Below are positions 8,557 to 17,047 of a stretch of 64,000 nt of DNA, one piece after another. The notes below the pieces were generated by a model that saw only the letters and a program-made list of their open reading frames with translations, was not told the DNA's origin and did no database searches. The position numbers were made by a program, and so were the translations under genes. The stretch comes from Candidatus Magasanikiibacteriota bacterium. GTDB taxonomy: Bacteria > Patescibacteriota > Patescibacteriia > Magasanikbacterales > UBA922. How positions within the stretch are numbered: the first letter of the stretch is position 1; every line of letters starts with the position of its first letter. The DNA lies in NCBI GenBank assembly GCA_014729395.1, contig WJJZ01000001.1, forward strand, positions 67,727-131,726, read 5' to 3'.

Positions 8557-9738
8557 TTACCTCCCTTTTAATGACCGTTTGTAGATTTTTAACGTATCCC
8601 CGGCTGTTTTTCGCCAAGAATATTTTTTTATTTCATTATTGGCATTATTTGCCAAATCAAACCTAATATCTTTATCTGTCAATCCTTTGTAAATTGTGTC
8701 GCAAATATTATCATAATTTTCCGGATCAAAATATATAGCCGCTTCACCTAAAATTTCCGGCAAACATGATCTGTTTGAAGAAGCGACCGGAACTCCGTGA
8801 GCCATAGCTTCAAGTGGAGGTAAACCAAAGCCTTCATACAAACTTGGAAAAACATAAAGACTTGCAGATTTATATAACAGCACCAACTCCTCATCACTTA
8901 AAAAACCGGTAAACACAACATTTTTGATTCTTTGATTTCTTGATTCTTTGATTTCTTGCTTATAAAAATAATTCTTTTTACCAACCAGAATAAGTTTATA
9001 ATCCGAACCATATTTTTGTTCAAACAATTTCCATGCTTTCAATAAGCCTTTCAAATTCTTATGTGGGTATGCATTACCAACATAAAGTACGTATGGTTTA
9101 TCAATTCCGTATTTATTTAATACTAATTCCCGCTCCTCCCTTCGGCTTGAGCTCAGGCCGAAAGCTGTTACTGATATCAAATCACCGGTCTCCGACCTCT
9201 GATTCGAAAACATTGCCTCATAGATAATAGTGATTTTACTTGCAGGTACTTTCAAAGTATTATGAACATCTTGTTTCGTAAATTCACTCACAGCAATTAT
9301 GTGCTTTGCCTTTTTTGCCACATGCTTAACAAGAATTCTATGTGCCTTATCTTTTAACCAGAACTTAATCGGACCCAAAGTTGTAGCCTCTGCCCGGGGA
9401 TAATGGAACATGATAAGATCATGAATAGTGACAACAAAAGGATCCTTATAAAAATAAGGAACATTCCAATGCGGAAAATGCATAACATCAACTTTCTCTT
9501 GCTTTATAATTTTAGGCAACTTAATCTGTTCTTCCCAACCATACCATGGTATATCGGCTAGTACTTTTTTGAAATTATCGGACGTTGGTTTAAATTCATC
9601 CCAATTTTCTTGACGCAAAAAAATAACATACTGATTTTCCGTATCAATACTCTCTAAATTTAATATTAATTGTTCTATATATCTGCCCAAGCCCGCTTGC
9701 TTGGGACCATACATTCTGGCATCGATTCCAATTTTCAT
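8557..9738 (-). CDS. Glycosyltransferase family 4 (GT-B, retaining)
   Basis: FPSLYEGFGLPPLEAMAHGVPV E-x7-E motif; N-term MKIGIDAR. Confidence 0.8.
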   Translation of the reverse strand: MKIGIDARMYGPKQAGLGRYIEQLILNLESIDTENQYVIFLRQENWDEFKPTSDNFKKVLADIPWYGWEEQIKLPKIIKQEKVDVMHFPHWNVPYFYKDPFVVTIHDLIMFHYPRAEATTLGPIKFWLKDKAHRILVKHVAKKAKHIIAVSEFTKQDVHNTLKVPASKITIIYEAMFSNQRSETGDLISVTAFGLSSSRREERELVLNKYGIDKPYVLYVGNAYPHKNLKGLLKAWKLFEQKYGSDYKLILVGKKNYFYKQEIKESRNQRIKNVVFTGFLSDEELVLLYKSASLYVFPSLYEGFGLPPLEAMAHGVPVASSNRSCLPEILGEAAIYFDPENYDNICDTIYKGLTDKDIRFDLANNANNEIKKYSWRKTAGDTLKIYKRSLKGR

Positions 9739-9853
9739 CTGTTTTAAGACTTATAAAAACCACAAAGCTTACTAAGTCTACTGGGCTGATAAATTAATAT
9801 GCAATTTTAATTTATATTCAAATTTTAACAATATCTATTATTGAGGTCAATGA

Positions 9854-9882
9854 TTGACAAAAGAGTTTTTTTATGCTAATAT
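9854..9882 (+). promoter_or_regulatory. Sigma70-type promoter TTGACA-17-TAATAT
   Basis: TTGACA 9854-9859, TAATAT 9877-9882; SD AAGAGGAG precedes ATG 9923. Confidence 0.5.
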
Positions 9883-9922
9883 TAACAGTTCTTTTTTACA
9901 AACCACCCAAAGAGGAGCTGCT

Positions 9923-10639
9923 ATGAATTTCTCATTGAGAAAAAGACGGCGGGAAAAAGTGGAGAGAATCAAACCAATCTACATCATGCACCAAGCCGGT
10001 CTGGATGAGCAAGACCTCTCCTCCGTGCTTGATGGGATCAGACTTGTTATCCAGGCCACAAAAATAACCCCCGGTTTGATCCAAGTAAAAAACTGGGGTG
10101 TCTGGAGGCAAGAACCCTACCTGGACCAATACGGTCTCAAACCATACCACAGTGTGGATTGGTACTTACAAAGAGGTCAAGAAGAGAGTAACCGGAGAAA
10201 TCAGCTTAATGCTGATACGATTATCCGAGAACTGTACTTCGAGCCATGGCGTAAGGCACAAGACCACTATGATGTTTTTATAACAGATGATGATCTCTAC
10301 TCCGGAGACGATAACAACAACTTCGTCATCGGCGTAGCCCAAGAACTGACTGGTACAGTCGTGTCGACCGCCCGCTTCAAAGGGCTCGGCAGTCACATTC
10401 GCCACGAATGTATTGTGACTGAAATAATGCACGAGTTCGGCCACGTCCTGGGTCTTATCCCGGATAGCAGGACTTCCAGTGTCGAATACTCTCTGGGGCC
10501 ACACTGCACAAACGAATGTGTCATGCGACAAGGTCTTTCTGTACCGAATGACTGGATTCGTTTTACAGAAGATCGTATCCGCACAAGGCGACCGTTTTGT
10601 CGAGAATGCCAGGGGCATCTCGAAAACTGGTTCCGCTAG
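9923..10639 (+). CDS. Archaemetzincin-type zinc metallopeptidase (peptidase M54)
   Basis: HEFGHVLGL...HCTNECVMRQ...CRECQ = HExxHxxGxxH plus C-x4-C-x-M and a CxxC Zn site characteristic of archaemetzincins; the track start 9854 overlaps the promoter, so trimmed to ATG 9923. Confidence 0.8.
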   Translation: MNFSLRKRRREKVERIKPIYIMHQAGLDEQDLSSVLDGIRLVIQATKITPGLIQVKNWGVWRQEPYLDQYGLKPYHSVDWYLQRGQEESNRRNQLNADTIIRELYFEPWRKAQDHYDVFITDDDLYSGDDNNNFVIGVAQELTGTVVSTARFKGLGSHIRHECIVTEIMHEFGHVLGLIPDSRTSSVEYSLGPHCTNECVMRQGLSVPNDWIRFTEDRIRTRRPFCRECQGHLENWFR

Positions 10640-10645
10640 TTCACC

Positions 10646-10690
10646 GGCCCAACCCTAAGATTAACCGCTTGGGGTTGGGCCTTTTTTATT
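10646..10690. terminator. Bidirectional intrinsic terminator (GGCCCAACCC...GGGGTTGGGCC + T-run)
   Basis: 10-bp GC stem 10646-10681 followed by TTTTTTATTT; lies between convergent genes. Confidence 0.6.
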
Positions 10691-10698
10691 TCCAAAAT

Positions 10699-11109
10699 TT
10701 AATAAACCCCCTTGCCATTAAAAAATTCGCTATATTTTTTATCAGCGCCGTTTATGTGATTGACCCACCAATTCTCCAAAAAATTCACCAAATCAAATGC
10801 AATATCAATTTCCCCATCTTGATTCTGGTACCTTTGTTGGAAAGAATTAATTTTATTTATATATTCATCATGTAATGCTTTGTGTGAATCCTTTTCCGGA
10901 TAATCATACTGATCAAAAAATTTTTCTTCTGTAGACAAATGATAATTTCCATAATCTACCAAACGTACCATAATATCATCAATCACATCATTAAATTTTT
11001 TATTATTAATAGCTTCTATTAATTCATTTATAATATCAAAAAGTTCTTTGTGCTGCAGGTCAAACATTTTTACACCTACACTATTTTCTTCTTTCCAAAT
11101 TAAAGGCAT
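10699..11109 (-). CDS. Hemerythrin-like metal-binding domain protein
   Basis: N-terminal W..EENSVGVKMFDLQHKELF and downstream H/E ligand pattern (EEKFFDQ...H..H) typical of bacteriohemerythrins. Confidence 0.65.
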   Translation of the reverse strand: MPLIWKEENSVGVKMFDLQHKELFDIINELIEAINNKKFNDVIDDIMVRLVDYGNYHLSTEEKFFDQYDYPEKDSHKALHDEYINKINSFQQRYQNQDGEIDIAFDLVNFLENWWVNHINGADKKYSEFFNGKGVY

Positions 11110-11143
11110 ATTTTAGATTTATTTACTAATTAAAACTATTTTA

Positions 11144-12265
11144 TTATAGCATGATTTTTTCTAAAAAAAACTTCGCCGTTTTCTCCCAATTAAATTGTTC
11201 GACCCGACCCTCAGCCTTCTCCACTAACATATGACGCAGATTATATTTACTTAATAATGACTTCATGGCACTTGCCAGTTCTCTTGTGTTATATGGATTT
11301 ATCAAATACACCGCATTACCACCGATTTCCGGTAAGGAACTGCGATTACTAGTAATAACCGGGGTACCACTTATCATTGCTTCCAAAACAGGGAAACCGA
11401 AGCCTTCATACAAGCTGGGGTAAACAAATAAATCGGCCGCCCTATAAAGCGTTGGCTTATCCTCCGCATCAACATAGCCTATATAATGAACACCGTCTGT
11501 ATTTTCAATTTCTCTTAGGATTTCAGTATCTTTCCAGCCTCTGGCGCCCGCAATAATCAGTGAACATTGATCGAGTGACAACTGACTTTTTTTGTAAGCA
11601 TCTATAAGCGAAATAATATTTTTTCTTGGCTCAAGTGTGCCTAAATATAAAATAAACTTATTAGGTAAATTGTATTTATTCTTTAGATTTTCTATTGTCT
11701 CTGAATCTTTAGTTCTGAATTCTGAACTCTTACCTGGATACACCGCCCTAACTTTGTCCTCTCTAATTCCATAGTAACTAACCACATCTCGTTTTGTATT
11801 TTCTGAAGGGGCCAAAATTAAATTCGCTCGTTTGCATTGATTGCTTGGATTTAAAATCTTATGCCACAACCTGCGTTTCCAAGAAAAACAATCCGGAAAA
11901 AACTCAAAACTTAAATCGTGAACAGTGAGTATAAATTTTACTCGCTTACTCAAAACTGTAAAATTCAAATTCGGTGAAAACCAATAATCCAAGCCGTGGG
12001 TAGTTATTTTATCAAGCTTGGGCCATTTCAATATTAACTGACACAGATTAAACAACTTATTTGGCCAATGTTTGATAACATAGTGCACATTATCTTGTCT
12101 CCAGACCATTACCTCATCGCTGACATCTTTGAAAGAATTTATAAATAAATAATATTGATTTTCCTTGTCTATTTTGAATAAATTATCCAATAATTCGAAA
12201 GTATACTCCCCCACTCCCGTTCTCTTTTTTGACATTAGTACTCTTATGTCGATCCCGATTTTCAT
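11144..12265 (-). CDS. Glycosyltransferase family 4
   Basis: YPSLYEGFGFPVLEAMISGTPVITSN; start set at MKIGIDIR (ATG 12265), the track start is further upstream. Confidence 0.75.
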   Translation of the reverse strand: MKIGIDIRVLMSKKRTGVGEYTFELLDNLFKIDKENQYYLFINSFKDVSDEVMVWRQDNVHYVIKHWPNKLFNLCQLILKWPKLDKITTHGLDYWFSPNLNFTVLSKRVKFILTVHDLSFEFFPDCFSWKRRLWHKILNPSNQCKRANLILAPSENTKRDVVSYYGIREDKVRAVYPGKSSEFRTKDSETIENLKNKYNLPNKFILYLGTLEPRKNIISLIDAYKKSQLSLDQCSLIIAGARGWKDTEILREIENTDGVHYIGYVDAEDKPTLYRAADLFVYPSLYEGFGFPVLEAMISGTPVITSNRSSLPEIGGNAVYLINPYNTRELASAMKSLLSKYNLRHMLVEKAEGRVEQFNWEKTAKFFLEKIML

Positions 12266-12269
12266 ATAA

Positions 12270-13394
12270 TCATGTAACTTTAAAATTACAACTATTAAAA
12301 TCCTGCCTAAAATTATCATATCGGTCTCTTACATAAGATTCCACCTGTGTTTTAAAAGCGTCTCCGCTATAACGTAGAGCGTGTTCTCTAATTGTGTATG
12401 GATTCCAATTTTTATGGTCAAATTTTATTATTGTATCAAGTAAAGATTCCCAGTTTTGCTTGGCAAAAAACATTCCCGTTTTGTGAGGAATAACAGTCTC
12501 CGACGCACCCCCAACAGGATAAGCTATAACTGGCCTTCCACTTGCCATCGATTCGATTGGGGTAATGCCAAAATCCTCTACCTGGGGGTGTACAAAGGCT
12601 TTTGCCCTGCTTAATAATCCGGCCTTTTCTTCTTCACTCACTCTTCCCAAAAACTCAATATTAGGTTTTGATATTTTTTTCAAAGCTTCAAGTTCGGGGC
12701 CGATACCAAAAATTTTTAGCTTGTATTTTAAACGATTAAATACTCGCACCAACAAATCAAATCTTTTATAAGCTACCAGCCTACCACCTGAGACGAAATA
12801 ATCTCCAATATGAGGAGAAATATAAAAACTTGAACTATCTACAGGCGGATAAATAATATCGCTATCGCGCCTATAATATTTTCTTATTCTGGATTTAACC
12901 GTATCGGAATTTGCTATGAAATGATCTACTCTATCAACGCTCATTTTATCCCATAATCGCAGCTTGTGAATTAATTTGGGCAATAATGCCTTTATAAAAG
13001 GGTTCATTTTCAAATCTTCTATATAATCATGTGTGTCTGTCCAAAGATAACGAGTTGGTGTATGGCAGTAAGAAACATGCATTGTATTCGGTTTGGTAAT
13101 CACTCCTTTGGCAAAAGCACTGGTTGAGGACAAAACAACATCATAATTATTTAAATTATGTTTTTCCGTTGCCAAAGGCATCCACGGCAAATACCATCGA
13201 TACTTTGTCTTATGTAAAGGTAATTTTGATAGAAAAGATTGTTTAATCTCGGCTTTATCAAAACCTTCTATTTTATTCTGATCATAAAATAAAACAAAAA
13301 TAGGCGCTTCCGGCCAAATTTCGTGAAACGCCCTTAAAACTCTCTCCGCCCCTCCGTCTTGAGATAAATAATCATGTACCAGGGCAATATTCAT
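12270..13394 (-). CDS. Glycosyltransferase family 4
   Basis: HPQVEDFGITPIESMASGRPVIAYPVGG motif; adjacent to other GT4 genes. Confidence 0.75.
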   Translation of the reverse strand: MNIALVHDYLSQDGGAERVLRAFHEIWPEAPIFVLFYDQNKIEGFDKAEIKQSFLSKLPLHKTKYRWYLPWMPLATEKHNLNNYDVVLSSTSAFAKGVITKPNTMHVSYCHTPTRYLWTDTHDYIEDLKMNPFIKALLPKLIHKLRLWDKMSVDRVDHFIANSDTVKSRIRKYYRRDSDIIYPPVDSSSFYISPHIGDYFVSGGRLVAYKRFDLLVRVFNRLKYKLKIFGIGPELEALKKISKPNIEFLGRVSEEEKAGLLSRAKAFVHPQVEDFGITPIESMASGRPVIAYPVGGASETVIPHKTGMFFAKQNWESLLDTIIKFDHKNWNPYTIREHALRYSGDAFKTQVESYVRDRYDNFRQDFNSCNFKVT

Positions 13395-13403
13395 AAAATA
13401 TTT

Positions 13404-14822
13404 CTACAAAGCCCTCCTCTTTTTGAACAATATAAAAGGTGTTTTTATAAAAATAATCAAATCAAGCAACAAACTCCAATTTTCTATATAGAATATATCC
13501 AATTTTACCTCATCTTCAAAATTTAAGTCACTTCTTCCGGAAATTTGAGCCAAACCGGTTATCCCGGGTTTCAAGGTTAATAATTTGCGATGATTTTTCT
13601 TATATTTTTCTACCTCTCTGGGTTGATGCGGACGCGGCCCGACAATACTCATGGTACCCTCTAGAACATTAAAAAACTGTGGTATTTCATCAATACTAAA
13701 TCTCCTTATGAATTTTCCAAAAGGAGTCACTCTCGGATCGTCTGCAATTTTATAGACAGGACCTTTTTTTATACTTTTTTTAGCAATTAATTTTTTTTCT
13801 TTTTCCAGAGCCTCTTCCCCTGACTTGCCAAACTGTACTCCGGTGCTATCTTTTTGATACATGGATCTGAACTTTAGTGTAAAAAACTTTTTACCTTTTA
13901 TACCCACTCTTTCATTCCTGTATATTACGGGACGGCCTGTTTCAATAAGGATAATAACTGACGCCAATATCATCAAAGGACTTAATAATATTATTGCCAA
14001 AAGACTCATAACAATATCAAAAATTCTCTTAACAACACGCCACCAACCATCAAGCCTGGTCTTTTTCAATTCAACCACCGGCACTCCGGCAAGAGCACTT
14101 ACCGCCATGTTGGTTGAGTATGTATCAAACAAATCCGCCGAATATTTAAAAGTAATATGGTTCGCATTACAATAATCTATAGCTTGTAATGTTTCTTTTT
14201 CATTGGCTCTCGGGTTTATAAAAATAATTTCGTCCAAATTCATTCTGGTTAATTTCTTTTCAACTTCAGTCGTAAATTTATTGAATCTATTTACTATTTT
14301 GTAACCCAGTTCCTTTCTTTTTGTCAGCACCTCTACTATTTCGCCGGTCAATTTTTCCTCTCCAAAAATCACAACCCGTCTTAAACCAACATTCATTCTA
14401 TAAAGCAAGGCTTTCAAACCTCTTATTAATAATCTTCCCAATATTACGTAGGCAATTGCCATTACCCAACCAATAAGCAACAAAAATCTGGAATCAAATG
14501 GTCTGGTGCTAAAAACAATATATGCTGTTATTGCAGCCAAACCTACAGAACAAGCCATTAATACTTTTGTAATATCACGAGAAAACTTTCTATTAGGGTC
14601 GGTTGAATAAAGACCGACAAGAGCGAATATTAAAATCCAAATTATACCGACAATAGCTGATATTTCTGTAAAATCTAATAAACTGAGATCGAAAACAACG
14701 GGCTTCAGTGATATTGCCAAATCTGTGAAACGCAATAAATAGGCGGTTATAGCGGCAAAAATAAGCATCATATAATCAACCGGTATTTGTAAAACCATTA
14801 AAAAAACTTCTGAACGTTTCAT
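13404..14822 (-). CDS. Polyprenyl-phosphate sugar phosphotransferase (WbaP/EpsB-type bacterial sugar transferase)
   Basis: N-terminal TM bundle plus a C-terminal bacterial sugar transferase domain: RNERVGIKGKKFFTLKFRSM, DPRVTPFGKFIRRFSIDEIPQFFNVLEGTMSIVGPRP. Confidence 0.85.
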   Translation of the reverse strand: MKRSEVFLMVLQIPVDYMMLIFAAITAYLLRFTDLAISLKPVVFDLSLLDFTEISAIVGIIWILIFALVGLYSTDPNRKFSRDITKVLMACSVGLAAITAYIVFSTRPFDSRFLLLIGWVMAIAYVILGRLLIRGLKALLYRMNVGLRRVVIFGEEKLTGEIVEVLTKRKELGYKIVNRFNKFTTEVEKKLTRMNLDEIIFINPRANEKETLQAIDYCNANHITFKYSADLFDTYSTNMAVSALAGVPVVELKKTRLDGWWRVVKRIFDIVMSLLAIILLSPLMILASVIILIETGRPVIYRNERVGIKGKKFFTLKFRSMYQKDSTGVQFGKSGEEALEKEKKLIAKKSIKKGPVYKIADDPRVTPFGKFIRRFSIDEIPQFFNVLEGTMSIVGPRPHQPREVEKYKKNHRKLLTLKPGITGLAQISGRSDLNFEDEVKLDIFYIENWSLLLDLIIFIKTPFILFKKRRAL

Positions 14823-14911
14823 AGTTTTAAATAAAATTTCTTATAAAAGTATATATAAATAGAATACAGCAAAATTTGGCTAAAGTCAACAAAAAAACTT
14901 TGCTTTTATAC

Positions 14912-14940
14912 TTGACAAATCATAAATAACATGCTATATT
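14912..14940 (+). promoter_or_regulatory. Sigma70-type promoter TTGACA-17-TATATT for rnpB
   Basis: TTGACA 14912-14917, TATATT 14935-14940; predicted TSS coincides with the P1 helix start. Confidence 0.6.
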
Positions 14941-14946
14941 CTTTAT

Positions 14947-15471
14947 GTCTTGTTCATTATAGATGATCGTCCACCAAAGCCCGAACGAAGTGAAGGCGAA
15001 GGTGGAAGGAAAGTCCGAACTTCCCCTAAAATATTTTAGGGTCATGGTAGTGGGTAACACCCACCTGGGCATTGGCGACAATGTTTGCGGGAAAGTGCCA
15101 CAGAGACTATACTAATTGCGAAGCAACTATGGTGCTTCGCAGCCAAACGTGAAAAGTGTAAAGATGTTTAATTTTATCGCGTACGCTATAAATTAAGCTA
15201 CTTTACTCCGGCCGTGGTGACACGGTTTGGTGGTAAACCCTACCTGAAGAAAGAGCAGCGTCCCGACTTTAGTCGGGATGAAAAGTTAGCTCGTTATTAT
15301 CCTGAGTATATCGAAGGATTAGAGTTTGTTGGTAACAGCAGACCTAGATAAATGATCATCGCCCTTCGCTAAAGCTACGGGCGACAAGTCCAATTCAATA
15401 GAAAGAAAGGGACTTGTACTCCGAAGCTTTAGCGTAGGAGTACAAAATTCGGCTTATTTAATGGACAAGAC
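14947..15471 (+). ncRNA. rnpB: RNase P RNA (bacterial type A, with lineage-specific helix expansions, ~525 nt)
   Basis: Conserved GGAAGGAAAGTCCGAAC (P4), GGTAACACCCACCTGGG, GGGAAAGTGCCACAGAGA, GGTGGTAAACCCTACC, CCTAGATAAATGA and ACAAAATTCGGCTTATT. P1 pairing is GTCTTGTTCATTA with TAATGGACAAGAC. Confidence 0.85.
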
Positions 15472-15475
15472 AAAA

Positions 15476-15507
15476 AAGATCCCGACACATCGGGATTTTT
15501 TGTTGTG
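15476..15507 (+). terminator. Intrinsic terminator of rnpB (GATCCCGA-CACA-TCGGGAT + T6)
   Basis: Hairpin 15477-15497 then TTTTTT. Confidence 0.6.
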
Positions 15508-15591
15508 TGCTGGAGAGAGGACTTGAACCTCCACGACCTTGCGGCCACAGGCCCCTCAAGCCTGCGTGTCTACCAGTTCCACCACTCCAGC
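15508..15591 (-). tRNA. tRNA-Leu (anticodon GAG), class II with a long variable arm
   Basis: The reverse complement folds as a cloverleaf: acceptor GCTGGAG/CTCCAGC, anticodon arm CAGGC-TTGAGGG-GCCTG, variable arm TGGCCGCAAGGTCGT, T-arm GGAGG-TTCAAGT-CCTCT, discriminator A; CCA not encoded. Confidence 0.85.
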
Positions 15592-15625
15592 GTTTATTCT
15601 TTTGTTTAATATGATAATTATTTAT

Positions 15626-15694
15626 TAGCCTGCGTGTCTACCAGCTTGCCCCGCGAGGAGCGAAGCGAGTTTTGCGGGGTTCCACCACTCCAGC
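15626..15694 (-). repeat. Partial duplicate of the tRNA-Leu 5' half (nt 1-33) interrupted in the D-loop by a 35-nt GC-rich hairpin (15645-15679)
   Basis: 15626-15644 and 15680-15694 are identical to 15558-15591 of the tRNA-Leu gene. The insert is CTTGCCCCGCGAGGAGCGAAGCGAGTTTTGCGGGG. No 3' half follows. Confidence 0.6.
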
Positions 15695-15702
15695 TATATG
15701 AT

Positions 15703-16467
15703 TTAAAATCGTCTATCTTTCCCCACTACCATCTCTACTCTGCTTTTAGCCAATCTAATTTTAACTCTCGTTTCTTTGGATCTCTTGCCGTCAGCTTCTA
15801 CGACGAATGGCTTTTTACTGCTTACAATCATCTCTTCAAAAGGAAAAACACTGGGATCTTCTGTCTTAACCCGGCCAAACAATCCTTTTTTTATAATAGG
15901 TAAAACAAAAGCTTCCAATTTTCCATCTTGGGGATGAACGACCCAGTCTTTTTTATTTTTCCTGTGCCAAGTAAAAGGTTGTAAATTACAAACTACCAAT
16001 TCCAGTTTACTCTTGTCAGATGAAACTTCAAATTTTTCATCATATTCTATCATAATATCACTCGGTGGTATATGAAGACGTGATATAAAATAACGATTAT
16101 TCATCCAACCTGCATCCAACCTAAGTTTGCGACGCCTGGACAACACATCACAAGCATCTTCACCTACCGGAATTCCTAAAACTTTTGCTATATCATTACC
16201 CGGTCCCACCGGTAAAAAACCAAATAAAATATCACATGTTGCCGCACGTGATAAAACATGTCCGATTGTCTCGTCATTACCAACAACCACAATAGTCGTA
16301 GCGCCCTTGCTCAATTCTTCATCAACAATCATTTTCGTATCACTAAAATTTTGCAGCCGAATTATCTTACCGGCAATGCCGTAATCTGTCAATCTCGTTT
16401 CCATTGCTTTGACAGTGGAAGCAAATTTTTTCTGACGTAAAAAATTGTCGTACAAATAGACATACAT
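15703..16467 (-). CDS. Diacylglycerol-kinase-family lipid kinase (YegS/BmrU-like)
   Basis: DAGK catalytic-domain motifs VVVGNDETIGHV (GGDG-like) and LPVGPGNDIA. Confidence 0.6.
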   Translation of the reverse strand: MYVYLYDNFLRQKKFASTVKAMETRLTDYGIAGKIIRLQNFSDTKMIVDEELSKGATTIVVVGNDETIGHVLSRAATCDILFGFLPVGPGNDIAKVLGIPVGEDACDVLSRRRKLRLDAGWMNNRYFISRLHIPPSDIMIEYDEKFEVSSDKSKLELVVCNLQPFTWHRKNKKDWVVHPQDGKLEAFVLPIIKKGLFGRVKTEDPSVFPFEEMIVSSKKPFVVEADGKRSKETRVKIRLAKSRVEMVVGKDRRF

Positions 16468-16487
16468 ATCAACTTTTTATCATCCTC

Positions 16488-16976
16488 CTACTCCGTTTTG
16501 CTTGCTTTCTTTTTTGTTTTTGGTCGACCTAAGCTAATTTTTTTTTCCGGTTTGAATTGATCAACATCAAAACCCTTCATAGTTATTTTTCCTCGCAAAA
16601 GGGCTCCCCCTGCAACTATCAGAGTCTTGCAATCAATATCACCGCCCACTTGTGCGCTTGAAGTTAATTCCAAGGTTTCCGCCACCTTAACATTTCCTTT
16701 AATGGCTCCCGCAACTATAGCACTACCGGCTTTGACATTGGCAAAAATTTTTGCTCCCTCTTCCACGGTTAAAAGCTGACTGGTTTTAACATTACCGGAC
16801 ACCGTACCTTTTACCACGATGTCGCCTTCGGAAGCAAAATCTCCTTCTACTGTGACTGATGGGCCAACGACTGTTTCTATCTTGTCACTACTTGCCTGCT
16901 CCACAGGCATTTGTTCTTCCTCAGTCTCTTCATTATTTTGCTCCAAGGCTATTTGGGAAGATGGTTTTTTGAACAT
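16488..16976 (-). CDS. Bactofilin (polymer-forming cytoskeletal protein, CcmA-like)
   Basis: Repetitive beta-helix pattern G.V.G.V....L.V..G..G across about 100 aa with disordered termini. Confidence 0.7.
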   Translation of the reverse strand: MFKKPSSQIALEQNNEETEEEQMPVEQASSDKIETVVGPSVTVEGDFASEGDIVVKGTVSGNVKTSQLLTVEEGAKIFANVKAGSAIVAGAIKGNVKVAETLELTSSAQVGGDIDCKTLIVAGGALLRGKITMKGFDVDQFKPEKKISLGRPKTKKKASKTE

Positions 16977-17047
16977 ACTTTGAAAAAAATTAATAATTAA
17001 GCTTAGTCTATATAATACAATATTTTTTAATAAATTCCAATATAAGA

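Noticed and set aside
8925-8956. 16-nt tandem duplication (TGATTCTTTGATTTCT x2) inside GT4 gene 8557..9738
   Set aside because: The reading frame stays open and the motif-bearing C-terminus is intact; it is a possible slippage hotspot but there is no evidence of function.
9854-9922. Track-proposed N-terminal extensions (archaemetzincin from 9854; membrane protein from 33011; several TTG/GTG starts)
   Set aside because: The extensions overlap consensus promoters or use non-ATG codons. Downstream ATGs with SD sequences give N-termini that match family norms.
15634-15903. ORF 15634..15903(+), 89 aa
   Set aside because: Overlaps the tRNA-Leu fragment/hairpin and the DAGK-like gene on the other strand; no RBS; composition artefact.
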